A stretch of 64,000 bases of DNA from Gammaproteobacteria bacterium (GCA_022447525.1 JAKVBA010000002.1:8411-72410), one strand, 5' to 3'. Shown: positions 40,036 to 49,750, numbered from the stretch's first letter. A program made the numbers and translations. The notes: generated by a model not told the origin, from the letters alone.

Positions 40036-41304
40036 ATGCAGAGTATGAGCGTTTTAGAGAAAATGGGAGTGCAGGTGTGGCGTTTACGCGGACGTCGTAC
40101 CTCGACTGTGTCTAACGAACTTGTGGATCCTATTGATCCCGTTATGGTCAGTAATGATGAAACGATTCTGAGCACAGCGTCCAGGGATTTAGAGCAACAA
40201 ATATCCGGCTCAATGGTTCAGGTTTCTGAAACATCTCTGGATACTCGAGAAGTATTGTTTAAGTCAGTTGAAGCTGATTCGGTTACAAAGCAAAGTAACG
40301 CTTTACACGAAACTGCGCCTATCCACAAAGATACCGCTTCAACTGAGATAGAACCTCTGGGAGTTACTTCCTCGGTCGAGATGGAACAATCTGTGCAATC
40401 AGTTCCATCGTTAAAGCCAGCACCCATTCCTGAGACTAAGACTTCTGGCACAAGCAGTGATGTTAAGGAATTGCAAAAATCTTCGAACGCTGTGCCTAAA
40501 CTAAGGCCGGCCCCAGTTCCACTGCAGTCTGAAAATTCGCTGGATTTATCAATTTCAGAGCCTGTCATCGCTGCAGTCACCACAGCCATGAGCGTTGATG
40601 ATAAGCAGGCGGAGTCTGATCACACTCAGATTGAAGAAGAGTTCAATAATCTTAGTCACGGTTACTCGGAGTATGAACAACAAGATAATTCAGATCCCGA
40701 GACAAATCTCAACGATATCATTATTCCAAAGATTGCTGTTGATCAAGTAAGCGATTTGTCGCGGCCATCCATGGATTGGAGATCCTTGCAGGCCACAATC
40801 AGTAATTCTGAAAACTGTCCATCCTGTGGTCCGTCGCAATCAACACTGGGTTTTGGTGATGTTTTAGCCGATTGGATGTTTATTGCGGACGCACCAACGA
40901 CCAGTGATTTGGAAGTTCAACAATTATTCGTTGGTCGGGCAGGACAGCTGTATGAAAACATTTTGTCGGCTTGCGGTTTAACTAGAGCTCAAGTCTATAG
41001 CTCGACTATTTTCAAGTGTGTAGCCCCTGCGGATATTTCACTTACGCCTCAATGTGATCGGTTGATCCATACACAAATTTCTTTGGTAAAACCCAAGTGT
41101 ATTGTGGTCTTTGGTGAGTTTGCTTCACAAGCAATTTTACAATCGAATGAGCCATTTGAGCGGTTGATAGAAGGTCATCATTATTACTCTGGAAGTGGGT
41201 GTCTTGTAATACCAGCCTACGCCCCTCAAGAATTGCTTGATAATCCGAGGCTTAAAGCCAAGTTATGGAGTAACCTAAGACTTGCTATTAATGAATTGGT
41301 TTAG
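40036..41304 (+). CDS. holD: Probable DNA polymerase III psi subunit (long form) with a degenerate family-4 UDG-like C-terminal domain
   Basis: It lies immediately upstream of rimI, as holD does in E. coli. The N-terminus SVLEKMGVQVWRLRGR matches the psi motif L-x-x-(L/M)-G-(I/V)-x-x-W-x-L-R. The C-terminus (WMFIADAPT...FVGRAGQLYENIL ... IPAYAPQELLDNPRLKAKLWSNL) resembles both psi and UDG family 4, but lacks GEAPG and HPS. The ORF opens at 39961, but I prefer the Met at 40036, just after the upstream stop. Confidence 0.65.
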   Translation: MQSMSVLEKMGVQVWRLRGRRTSTVSNELVDPIDPVMVSNDETILSTASRDLEQQISGSMVQVSETSLDTREVLFKSVEADSVTKQSNALHETAPIHKDTASTEIEPLGVTSSVEMEQSVQSVPSLKPAPIPETKTSGTSSDVKELQKSSNAVPKLRPAPVPLQSENSLDLSISEPVIAAVTTAMSVDDKQAESDHTQIEEEFNNLSHGYSEYEQQDNSDPETNLNDIIIPKIAVDQVSDLSRPSMDWRSLQATISNSENCPSCGPSQSTLGFGDVLADWMFIADAPTTSDLEVQQLFVGRAGQLYENILSACGLTRAQVYSSTIFKCVAPADISLTPQCDRLIHTQISLVKPKCIVVFGEFASQAILQSNEPFERLIEGHHYYSGSGCLVIPAYAPQELLDNPRLKAKLWSNLRLAINELV

Positions 41305-41855
41305 TGTTACATGCGCTGAAGTGCTGCCAATCGAGTCTTATGTCAGTAAAGCCCGATAATAACAGTACTGAATCTAAGCTGACGCCACACTTGGATTTAG
41401 ATCAGGTGGTAGTGCGGGATATGATATCCACTGATTTGACCGAGGTGCAAAGGATTGAACAGACCGCTCAGGCTTCTCCCTGGGCAAGATTGTCTTTTGA
41501 AGAATCTCTTACTCGACAGGATATTTGTCGTGTCGCGACAGTCGATGAGAAGTTAATTGCGTATCATGTTTGCTCATCAGTACTAGATGAGCTACATGTA
41601 CTCAATATCGTCTGTGCGTTACCCTTTCAAGGGATGGGTGTAGGTCATATTTTGATGGACGACATACTGACCACAGCAACATCAAAATCGATTGAGAATT
41701 TGTTTCTCGAGGTAAGGGAGAGCAATCATGCCGCTCAGTCTCTGTATGCAAAATGGGGTTTTACTCAAATAGCGATTAGAGAAAACTATTATCGACCTTC
41801 GACCCCCGATGGCCCTCGTGAGAATGCTCTGGTCTACATGAGGGCCATGTACTAA
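41304..41855 (+). CDS. rimI: Ribosomal-protein-alanine N-acetyltransferase (GNAT)
   Basis: GNAT acetyl-CoA motif (FQGMGVGHILM), RimI-like length and holD-rimI synteny. The start may be the internal Met at 41340. Confidence 0.8.
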   Translation: MLHALKCCQSSLMSVKPDNNSTESKLTPHLDLDQVVVRDMISTDLTEVQRIEQTAQASPWARLSFEESLTRQDICRVATVDEKLIAYHVCSSVLDELHVLNIVCALPFQGMGVGHILMDDILTTATSKSIENLFLEVRESNHAAQSLYAKWGFTQIAIRENYYRPSTPDGPRENALVYMRAMY

Positions 41856-41873
41856 TTCTTGGTTTTTGGAGTA

Positions 41874-43280
41874 CTAGTTTATAAAAACTGTTAGAAGTTG
41901 GTTTAAACTGAGGACGTCATTTGAATCAAGATTGTTCCAGCTCATTAACTCTTTTAGATCGACGCGATAGTGTTTTGCGATCGACCAAAGGGTATCTCCG
42001 CTGGTCACTCTGTGTTTGATTTTGTCACCAGAATATTGTTGTGGCATTGTCGCCTTGGGACTGCTCGCTGACGCTACGTCTTGTGAGCCATAACCGGCTG
42101 AAATTGGGATGATTAGATTTCGACCTGCACGAATATTGTGACCACGCAGTCTATTCGTTGTTTGGATGACCGTAACTGAAACGCCATACTTTCTCGCTAT
42201 ATGGCTAAGAGTCTCACCCATTTTAATTCTGTGGCTCCGATAATTGAGAGGCTTTGATTCAGCGATTGCGGCGCGAGCAAGCGCTACTGGGTCCGCGTTC
42301 ATTGGGGCCCTGGTCTCTATCGGAATTAATATGCGATGCGGACCTTCCGGTGGAGTGGCCCAACGTTTGAATCCTCGATTCAAGGTCTTTAGCAGACCTT
42401 TGTCTATCTGGCTCTGCTTCGCAAACTCGATCAGATCGATTTGCCCAGGAAGCTTTACCACTTCAAAGTAAGGTTGGCTTGGCAGTAGTGGGAGTTCTAC
42501 ACCATATTTTCTTGGGTTGGAAAGTATTTCTCTAAGTCCCATCAATTTAGGTACGTAACGCCTTGTCTCTTGCCTCAATTTCAGACTCAGATAGTCCGTT
42601 TTTTTGCCCTTGCGTTTTGCCCTGGCAATTTCTCTTCGTAGCGTTCCAGGGCCTGCATTATAGGCTGCTAAAGCGATAAACCAGTCGCCATCGAACATTT
42701 TATGTAGTTGCTCGAGGTAGTCTAATGCGGCAAAAGTTGAGCTATATGGATCGTGCCTGCCGTCATACCACCAGTCTTGCCTTAACCCAAACCCCTTCCC
42801 TGTTGCTGGCACAAACTGCCATAAACCAGCCGCTTTCGAGCGCGACACAGCGCCGACGTCATAAGCGCTTTCAACCGCTGGAAGCAGAGCCAGTTCCATG
42901 GGTAAGCCTCGCCTCTCTATTTCTTCAATAATAAAGTACAGGAAAGGCTCGCCTCGAGCGAACAAATTTTCCAAGTAAGTTGGGTGTTCAGAGACCCATT
43001 TGACGTGCTTATTGACATCTTGGGAGTGTAATTTTGGGAAGGCGAATCCAGCCCTTACTCGTTCCAGTAAATCTGTTTTTCGAGCTGAACGGTTATTTGC
43101 TTCGGTTGAAGGTTCGCTGGTCTGATCATTCAGTCTGTTTCTCGATCTATGCTCATAGCTATTCTCTGCTGGAGCTGACGCAATCGAAGGCAACGAATTT
43201 GGTGTTGTTGTTTTTTTGTTGGGAGCGCAAGCTTGCAAGAAGAGCAGGCAAATTAACGCGCAAAAGGCTTTATTGTTCAT
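41874..43280 (-). CDS. mltD: Membrane-bound lytic murein transglycosylase D-like lipoprotein (SLT domain plus 2 LysM)
   Basis: 468 aa. Lipobox LFLQAC. SLT catalytic region (LPAVESAYDVGAVSRSKAAGLWQF, AAYNAGPG). Two LysM repeats (HRIKMGETLSHIARKYGVS; HRVTSGDTLWSIAKHYRVD). Confidence 0.9.
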   Translation of the reverse strand: MNNKAFCALICLLFLQACAPNKKTTTPNSLPSIASAPAENSYEHRSRNRLNDQTSEPSTEANNRSARKTDLLERVRAGFAFPKLHSQDVNKHVKWVSEHPTYLENLFARGEPFLYFIIEEIERRGLPMELALLPAVESAYDVGAVSRSKAAGLWQFVPATGKGFGLRQDWWYDGRHDPYSSTFAALDYLEQLHKMFDGDWFIALAAYNAGPGTLRREIARAKRKGKKTDYLSLKLRQETRRYVPKLMGLREILSNPRKYGVELPLLPSQPYFEVVKLPGQIDLIEFAKQSQIDKGLLKTLNRGFKRWATPPEGPHRILIPIETRAPMNADPVALARAAIAESKPLNYRSHRIKMGETLSHIARKYGVSVTVIQTTNRLRGHNIRAGRNLIIPISAGYGSQDVASASSPKATMPQQYSGDKIKHRVTSGDTLWSIAKHYRVDLKELMSWNNLDSNDVLSLNQLLTVFIN

Positions 43281-43474
43281 CGGCGAATAGTAATTAGACC
43301 CAAATTGTCAGTCAATGACTCAGTTTTAAACTTCCTGTGCGATAATACTCGATATTGATTCTGATGGCGTAATGAATAAACTTTGGTAACCGTCTTTTAG
43401 CTATATCGGTCTAATCTTGCTCGTGGTTGCCAGCGCCTTCGTAAAATAGTATTTGCTTGAAATAATAGAGCCTA

Positions 43475-44263
43475 ATGAATTCTAAATATCTCAATTTAAG
43501 CAACTCTTGGGCTTCCAGTGGACACGCAAGGGCTTACTTTGATATTGAAAAGCCGTTCCTAACTGCTGGATTAAAACAGTCGATCGGCCCGACAACCTTA
43601 CAGATCGGCAGCATGTTAGATGAATCCATCATCGAAGAGTTGGATTTGCCGAAAAAATATAAAATGCAGTTGGGGGTTACCCCTTCTGCGCATTCATATG
43701 CAGGAGCAGATTTAGCGGCCGATCCCGCCTTTTTGCCATTTTTGTCCGATTCTTTCAATACCTTGGTCTTGCCACATGTTCTCGAGTCGCATAGTTTGCC
43801 TCATCAGGTTTTGCGAGAAGCACATCGAGTGTTGATGGGCGAAGGCTATGTTGTAATAACCGGCTTTAATCCCTCTAGTCTGATTGGTCTCCAGCGCTGG
43901 CTCAGGCCTGAATCGGTTTTTCCAGGGCGATATTACACTCCCAAACGAGTCATTGATTGGCTGCACGTTCTAGGGTTCGAAGTTGTGGCCAGTTCGATGT
44001 TCCATTATGCCCCTGCGAGCAGCAAATCCAGAGCAAGAAGGTGGCTAAATTTTTTAGAGTCAATCGGTGATCGATGGTTGCCGATGTTTGGGGGTGGGTA
44101 TATGATCGTTGGTAGGAAAAAAGAGTTTTCTGGAACATTGGTAGAAAGATCAGAGTTCATAAAAAGAAGACCTAAGCTGGCTAATACAGCGACCGCCTAT
44201 GTTGGAAATGAGCAGACCCAGGGCCATCACAAAAAGACTCAAAACTCGAAACTCAAAAACTAG
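43475..44263 (+). CDS. Class I SAM-dependent methyltransferase-like protein
   Basis: 262 aa. VLPHVLESHSLPHQVLREAHRVLMGEGYVVITGFNP resembles the motif II/III region. It holds the position between mltD and rnhA seen in pseudomonad-type synteny (recalled from memory). Confidence 0.7.
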   Translation: MNSKYLNLSNSWASSGHARAYFDIEKPFLTAGLKQSIGPTTLQIGSMLDESIIEELDLPKKYKMQLGVTPSAHSYAGADLAADPAFLPFLSDSFNTLVLPHVLESHSLPHQVLREAHRVLMGEGYVVITGFNPSSLIGLQRWLRPESVFPGRYYTPKRVIDWLHVLGFEVVASSMFHYAPASSKSRARRWLNFLESIGDRWLPMFGGGYMIVGRKKEFSGTLVERSEFIKRRPKLANTATAYVGNEQTQGHHKKTQNSKLKN

Positions 44264-44278
44264 TAAGCTGTTTTTTTA

Positions 44279-44713
44279 ATGAGCCAAGTAGATATTTATA
44301 CTGATGGCGCCTGTCGAGGTAATCCCGGTCCAGGTGGTTGGGGTGCATTGCTGCAATACCGCGGGAGTGAGAGAGAAATATACGGGGGGGAGCAAAATAC
44401 GACTAATAATCGTATGGAGCTGACAGCAGCTATAGAAGCTCTAAAAGCATTGAAGAGACCTTGTCAGATAACTCTATACACAGACTCACAGTACGTGAGA
44501 AAGGGTATATTGGAATGGATCGATGGTTGGAAGGCTCGTGATTGGAAAACCGCTGCTAAAAAGCCGGTGAAAAACGAAGACCTTTGGAAAGCTCTCGACG
44601 AGCAAGTTCAAAGGCATGAAATAAAGTGGGTTTGGGTAAAAGGTCACGCAGGTAATGTCGGTAATGAAAAGGCTGACGAGCTAGCGAATCGAGGTATTGA
44701 CGAGCTGAAGTAA
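44279..44713 (+). CDS. rnhA: Ribonuclease HI
   Basis: 144 aa. [33 protein letters not shown] and [18 protein letters not shown]. Confidence 0.95.
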   Translation: MSQVDIYTDGACRGNPGPGGWGALLQYRGSEREIYGGEQNTTNNRMELTAAIEALKALKRPCQITLYTDSQYVRKGILEWIDGWKARDWKTAAKKPVKNEDLWKALDEQVQRHEIKWVWVKGHAGNVGNEKADELANRGIDELK

Positions 44714-44746
44714 AGGTGGCTCGTGAAGAAAAATAGGTAGGGGAAG

Positions 44747-45526
44747 ATGAGCGAATTCGAAAGACAAATAGTACTGGATACGGAAACCACCGGTCTTGAG
44801 CATCGGCAAGGACACCGAATTATTGAAATCGGTTGCGTAGAGCTGATAAATCGTAAGCTGACTGGTAACAATTATCACATCTATTTAAACCCGGACAGAG
44901 AAATTGATCAGGGAGCAATAGAGGTTCACGGGATTACTAACGAGTTTCTTGCGGACAAACCACGTTTCGTAGATATCTATGAGCAGATGATGGAATACCT
45001 AAGTGGTGCCGAGTTGATTATCCATAATGCGGCTTTTGACGTTGGCTTCTTGGATGCTGAGCTGGAGAAAATCTCGGGGTATCAAATACGCATTAATACA
45101 GTCTGTGGCGTACATGATACGTTAATCCAAGCCCGCAAGATGTTTCCTGGTCAACGCAATGATCTTGACTCTTTATGCCGTCGATACGAAATTAATAATA
45201 GTCACAGAGAACTGCACGGGGCCTTGCTAGACGCGGAAATCTTGGCGGATGTCTATTTGGCCATGACTGGCGGTCAAACCTCTTTATCCCTAGAGGCTGC
45301 CCCAAATGCCGGTCATGAAACTGATAGTAGTTTTCACAAGGTAGATTTAACGGCTTTAGAGTTGCCGAAAGTTGTTCCTACCGACGAAGAGTTAAATATG
45401 CATAGAGATTGGCTTGAACGGCTGGATCAAAAAGTAGACGGTCATTGTGTTTGGTCAAAATTAATTAATAAGCAGTCAGCAGATGTCTGCCCCGAAGAGT
45501 CAGCAAATACAGGAGTGAAGCACTAA
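44747..45526 (+). CDS. dnaQ: DNA polymerase III epsilon subunit (3'-5' proofreading exonuclease)
   Basis: 259 aa. Exo I IVLDTETTGL, Exo II IIHNAAFDVGFL, Exo III HGALLDAEILADVY. Confidence 0.95.
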   Translation: MSEFERQIVLDTETTGLEHRQGHRIIEIGCVELINRKLTGNNYHIYLNPDREIDQGAIEVHGITNEFLADKPRFVDIYEQMMEYLSGAELIIHNAAFDVGFLDAELEKISGYQIRINTVCGVHDTLIQARKMFPGQRNDLDSLCRRYEINNSHRELHGALLDAEILADVYLAMTGGQTSLSLEAAPNAGHETDSSFHKVDLTALELPKVVPTDEELNMHRDWLERLDQKVDGHCVWSKLINKQSADVCPEESANTGVKH

Positions 45527-46554
45527 TGGCCGCTAGGATGAGAAAGTTAGAGATAAATACTTCTGGACAAAGAAAACAACTCGTAGGCGCAGATCTATCG
45601 GGGTATTGTCTTGCCGGGAGTGATTTATCAGGGGCAAATCTTGCACAAGCTAAGCTACGAGGTGCCGATTTGTCGGGAGCGGATTTGTCTGGTGCAGATA
45701 TGACTCAGTGCGATATGACAGGGGCAGATTTGTCGGGTGCTGACCTTTATCAAGCTAACTTAAGCGGCGCGCGACTCAATGGCGCTACACTGACGCATTG
45801 CGACGCTACTTCTGCGAACTTTACCGAGGCTAATCTCAATGGGGTACAGATGTCTCAGTCCACACTGCCTGGGGCAACATTTGATAAGGCCTCTATGAGC
45901 GCAACCAATCTGGCAGATAGTGATGTGAGTGCTGCCAGTCTTGTTGAAGCTATTTTATCGGGTGCTGTTCTTGTGCGCTCGAACCTCTCAGATGCGAAGT
46001 TGGATAGGGCAAAGCTGTTTGGTGCTCATTTGAATGATAGTCAACTGGTTGGTACGTCCTTGCGTCACGCTGACTTGAATTCAGCGAATTTAAAAGGGGC
46101 AAAGCTGGAGAGTGCCGACTTGTTGGGGGCATCATTGTTTTGTGCAGATCTAAGTCAAGCAAATTTGCAAATGAGTAATTTTGAATCAGTGAACATGCGT
46201 GGCGTAAGCTTGGTTGGTTCTAACTTAGTTCAGGCCGGAATCGATGGCGCTGATCTATCAAATGCTTTATTGAGTCGTGCCGATTTATCCAGTGCTTCTC
46301 TCGAGGAGAGTATCCTATGGTCGGCTCGCATGTCTGGAACCAGTCTTAGTAAAGTAAACGTTAAGGCGGCAAACCTACGAGGTACTGGTCTGCATAAGCG
46401 ATTCGCTTTGCACGAATATCCTGATTTATTGTTCTCTGACGCTACACAATGGGATGAAGAGCGTTATAAACGTCGTTCTATTTCTGCATCTCACAATAAA
46501 ACTATTGAAAATGAGCTCAGGAAGCGAAGTTTCCTGAGTCGCCTATTTAGTTAA
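45526..46554 (+). CDS. Pentapeptide-repeat protein (about 55 consecutive A(D/N)LSX repeats)
   Basis: 342 aa. An almost uninterrupted pentapeptide register (ADLSGADLSGADMTQCDMTGADLSGADLYQANLSGARLNGA...). The ATG overlaps the dnaQ TAA stop (TAATG). Confidence 0.9.
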   Translation: MAARMRKLEINTSGQRKQLVGADLSGYCLAGSDLSGANLAQAKLRGADLSGADLSGADMTQCDMTGADLSGADLYQANLSGARLNGATLTHCDATSANFTEANLNGVQMSQSTLPGATFDKASMSATNLADSDVSAASLVEAILSGAVLVRSNLSDAKLDRAKLFGAHLNDSQLVGTSLRHADLNSANLKGAKLESADLLGASLFCADLSQANLQMSNFESVNMRGVSLVGSNLVQAGIDGADLSNALLSRADLSSASLEESILWSARMSGTSLSKVNVKAANLRGTGLHKRFALHEYPDLLFSDATQWDEERYKRRSISASHNKTIENELRKRSFLSRLFS

Positions 46555-46561
46555 GAAAAGA

Positions 46562-47332
46562 ATGATGCAGCCGGTCGCTAAGCAAGGTGAGTGGGTTTGT
46601 CTGGGTGATGCCGATTATGAAGATTTTGAGAGATTGGAGAATTATTTTTCTGAGAGTGGCTCAATCACATCTTTGATTAGTGCGTTTGAGGAGCTACCAG
46701 AGGTATTAAAAGATAATCACCGTAGTAAAGTATTGAAAGGAAGTTTGGATTTGCTTGGTCGCCAGACGGTGATCGTAGCAAAAAGTCCCGTTGATAAAAA
46801 TAGAAGAAAATGGTCACGATTGATCAGTTTGTTTGCCCCTGGCGAAGCAGCTGCCACATTGATTAATTTAAATAAAATGATCGCTGCGGGCTTGGAAACT
46901 ACTAGACCCATCTGTGTTATCGAAAGGCGTCAATTCAAAATGGTCGTGGATTCATGGATTTGTTATGAGTTTCGTGAGGGTGATGTGTGTGGAGTGTCGG
47001 GCTTGGAGGACATCGCCGAGCTTTTACGAAATATGCACTCAGCCGGATTTCGGCACGATGATCCGACTTGGAACAATTTTTTGCGAGATCCCTCGGGAAC
47101 TCTTTTTACTATCGATACGAAAGCCAAACCGTGTACGGGGATGTATCACGCTACGCGAGACTTTATTGCACTGCGGCAAGCTAATTGCATCTATGATATT
47201 GATATTGAAAAATTGGGTAACTTAGACAGTTCCTCAGTGGGGTATAGGACAGCCATACTCTATGCCGGCTACAAGTCTATTCGAACAAAAATTAAAGATA
47301 AACTCAAAAAAAATCGCCCTAAAAACAGCTAA
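46562..47332 (+). CDS. Protein-kinase-fold protein of the LPS-kinase (Kdo/WaaP/InaA-like) family
   Basis: 256 aa. ATP-Lys context TVIVAKSP, catalytic loop GFRHDDPTWNNFL, metal-binding FTIDTK. It starts 7 nt after the pentapeptide gene's stop. Confidence 0.7.
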   Translation: MMQPVAKQGEWVCLGDADYEDFERLENYFSESGSITSLISAFEELPEVLKDNHRSKVLKGSLDLLGRQTVIVAKSPVDKNRRKWSRLISLFAPGEAAATLINLNKMIAAGLETTRPICVIERRQFKMVVDSWICYEFREGDVCGVSGLEDIAELLRNMHSAGFRHDDPTWNNFLRDPSGTLFTIDTKAKPCTGMYHATRDFIALRQANCIYDIDIEKLGNLDSSSVGYRTAILYAGYKSIRTKIKDKLKKNRPKNS

Positions 47333-47401
47333 GCTTTTAGGACGATCTTTTTATCCAACCTCTTTAATTAATAGATTGAGCCAAGCTTGGTTATCTGGGC
47401 T

Positions 47402-48904
47402 TTAAAACTGCAACCAAATTGCAAGGCCGCCAACAATACTCAAAACAATGGTGTAAGGTAGGGCCATGAATACCATTTTCATGTAAGACAATCTGATCAA
47501 CGGTGCCAATGCAGAAGTTAATAAGAACAAGAACGCTGCCTGACCATTTGGAGTTGCTACGCTTGGTAGGTTTGTGCCAGTGTTGATTGCGATGGCCATC
47601 TTGTCGAAATGCTCTCGACTGATGACACCATTATCAAGGGCTGCCACCATTTCGTTAATATAAACCGTAGCTACGAATACGTTATCAGAAATCATCGACA
47701 ATACGCCATTGGCAATAAACATAACCAAGGGTTGTGCATCTTCGCTCATGGCCAGCACTAAGTCTGTCACTGGTTGGAATAAATGTAGCTCATGGATAAC
47801 AGCGACCACTGCGAAGAAAACCACGAGTAGAGCAGTAAATGGCAATGCTTCCTCAAAAGCATGGCCGATTTGATGTTCTTCGATAACGCCATTAAATGCA
47901 GTCAAAAGAACTATAATCATCAAACCAATCAACCCTACCTCGGCAACATGCAGTGCAAGTGAGACAACTAGTATCAAACCAGCAATGGCTTGGATAACTA
48001 ATTGCGCTTTGTCCTTGCCACTGCGGCTGCTTTCTTGTTCCGAATCAAATTGTGTTAGTACCGAGCGGACTTCCGTTGGAAGCTTGCCACCATAGCTAAA
48101 CCAACCGGTTGATTCCAAGACTATGCATGTGATCAATCCGGCGACAAATACAGGCATTGTTACAGGTGCCATGCGCCAGAAAAACTCCATAAATTGCCAG
48201 CCTGCTTTTTCCGCTATCAATAGATTCTGTGGCTCACCAACTAGTGTGCACACCCCGCCTAAAGCGGTCCCTACAGCGCCATGCATTATTAGGCTTCTTA
48301 AAAAATTTCTGAAGTCATCTAGATCCTTGCGGCTATGTTCATGGATACCCTCATCACCAGAGTGATCGTGATCGTCGTTAAATCTCTTACCAGACGCGAC
48401 CTTGTGATAAACGCCGTAGAAGCCTACGCCAACGCTTATTAAAACCGCAGTCACGGTTAATGCATCCAAAAAGGCTGACAACACAGCACCCGAGAAAGCG
48501 AACAAAAATGACAACACAGTCTTGTTGCGAACTTTTATAAGAATCTTGGTGAAGGTGAAGAGCAATAGGTCACGCATAAAGTGAATGCCCGCTACCATGA
48601 ATACCAACAAAAGTATAACCTTTAGGTTGGCCTCTATTTCATGGTAAACCATTTCCGGTGAAGTCATGCCCAGCGCAACAGCTTGTAAAGCAAGCAGTCC
48701 GCCCGGTTGTAAGGGGTAGCATTTAAGAGCCATGGCCAGAGTAAAAATAAACTGACCAATCAGTACCCAGCCGCTGACAAAGTGGAAGCCGGAAAACCAA
48801 ATGATCGGATTAATGATTAGAAAGGCAATGATTGTGTTTTTGTACCATACCGCCGAACTTCCCAAGAAGTTATCGCGGAATGAACTGAAAGTCATTTGAG
48901 ACAT
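47402..48904 (-). CDS. nhaB: Na+/H+ antiporter NhaB
   Basis: 500 aa, polytopic. NhaB-like along the full length ([21 protein letters not shown]..., [23 protein letters not shown]). Confidence 0.9.
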   Translation of the reverse strand: MSQMTFSSFRDNFLGSSAVWYKNTIIAFLIINPIIWFSGFHFVSGWVLIGQFIFTLAMALKCYPLQPGGLLALQAVALGMTSPEMVYHEIEANLKVILLLVFMVAGIHFMRDLLLFTFTKILIKVRNKTVLSFLFAFSGAVLSAFLDALTVTAVLISVGVGFYGVYHKVASGKRFNDDHDHSGDEGIHEHSRKDLDDFRNFLRSLIMHGAVGTALGGVCTLVGEPQNLLIAEKAGWQFMEFFWRMAPVTMPVFVAGLITCIVLESTGWFSYGGKLPTEVRSVLTQFDSEQESSRSGKDKAQLVIQAIAGLILVVSLALHVAEVGLIGLMIIVLLTAFNGVIEEHQIGHAFEEALPFTALLVVFFAVVAVIHELHLFQPVTDLVLAMSEDAQPLVMFIANGVLSMISDNVFVATVYINEMVAALDNGVISREHFDKMAIAINTGTNLPSVATPNGQAAFLFLLTSALAPLIRLSYMKMVFMALPYTIVLSIVGGLAIWLQF

Positions 48905-49224
48905 ATGAGAACGTTTAACCTCATTCTTGCTTAAAGGTGATTGATTTGTGGAGCTTCTCTAATTTGAGCGTTTTGTATTTATTTGTTGTTGATGTTGAGG
49001 ATTGCTATTTAACAGACAAACTTCCAGCATCATTCCTCTACGGGGCCTAGATAATAGCAACAGGTGTTGCACTGAACAATGAAAATCGGTGAGAAGCACG
49101 ATGTTAAAGCAAGGCTTTTCTGATACGTATTTGCTTGTTTTCTGTAACTAAAGGTGCCAGTCGGAAAGAGGGTTTGGTCTAACTTTTTTAGCTCAATTAA
49201 TTTGCCAAAAAGGGTAAATAGAAC

Positions 49225-49253
49225 TTGACCAAGGTTGAAGGTGAGCATATCAT
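49225..49253 (+). promoter_or_regulatory. Sigma70-like promoter for tRNA-Ala with a GC-rich discriminator
   Basis: TTGACC (49225-49230), a 17-nt spacer, then TATCAT (49248-49253), followed by TCGCCCTCC. The tRNA begins at 49273. Confidence 0.45.
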
Positions 49254-49272
49254 TCGCCCTCCTTCGGGGTCT

Positions 49273-49348
49273 GGGGCTATAGCTCAGCTGGGAGAGCGCT
49301 ACACTGGCAGTGTAGAGGTCGGCGGTTCGATCCCGCCTAGCTCCACCA
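49273..49348 (+). tRNA. tRNA-Ala (anticodon GGC)
   Basis: 76-nt cloverleaf drawn by hand. Acceptor GGGGCUA/UAGCUCC with the G3:U70 Ala identity pair, anticodon loop CUGGCAG, T-loop GGTTCGATCC and an encoded CCA. Confidence 0.95.
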
Positions 49349-49499
49349 TTTATCTGTGACGTTCGTATTACGAACAGAAGTTAAGCTTTTCGCGCAGAAA
49401 ACTTAGCGTGCATTATTAATGCTTAAGTGCGTTTAATAAGTTGCGGGCTTGGAGAAAGATCTAACCTGAAAAATGAAGGAAAATTGCTCATTAAAAGTG

Positions 49500-49527
49500 T
49501 TGAATTTTTAATTTAACTACATATAAT
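49500..49527 (+). promoter_or_regulatory. Sigma70-like promoter for tRNA-Glu
   Basis: TTGAAT (49500-49505), a 16-nt spacer, then TATAAT (49522-49527). The tRNA begins at 49554. Confidence 0.45.
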
Positions 49528-49553
49528 GCGCGTACTGCAAAAGCAGCTCAGAC

Positions 49554-49629
49554 GTCCCCATCGTCTAGAGGCCTAGGACACCGCCCTTTCACGGCGGTAA
49601 CAGGGGTTCGAATCCCCTTGGGGACGCCA
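49554..49629 (+). tRNA. tRNA-Glu (anticodon UUC)
   Basis: 76 nt. GTCCCCATCGTCTAGAGGCCTAGGACACCGCCCTTTCACGGCGG..., anticodon loop CUUUCAC, T-loop GGTTCGAATCC and an encoded CCA. Confidence 0.95.
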
Positions 49630-49632
49630 ACT

Positions 49633-49667
49633 AAAAACGCCTTGTCACTTTGTGACAGGGCGTTTTT
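49633..49667. terminator. Bidirectional Rho-independent terminator after tRNA-Glu, facing the convergent XRE gene
   Basis: AAAAACGCCTTGTCAC-tt-TGTGACAGGGCGTTTTT: an 11-bp stem with one G-U pair, flanked by an A-run and a T-run. Confidence 0.75.
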
Positions 49668-49750
49668 AGTTTGTATTCGCTGTTGCTATTTAGTGCTTGT
49701 CATCAAGCCAATTTAAAATAAAAACAAAGGGTGGTGTGGGGAATGCGCTA

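Noticed and set aside
40100-40800. Low-complexity Ser/Pro/Glu-rich coding stretch with the LKPAPIPE / LRPAPVPL repeat, considered as a possible separate gene or non-coding insert
   Set aside because: It stays in frame with conserved N- and C-terminal segments of one ORF. This is consistent with a disordered linker, as reported for long psi subunits.
45590-46350. Short tandem nucleotide repeats (variants of GCNGATTTGTCNGGNGC) that could be mistaken for a repeat array or CRISPR
   Set aside because: They are in frame and encode the A(D/N)LSG pentapeptide repeats of one long ORF. Their period is 15 nt with no spacers, so this is not CRISPR-like.
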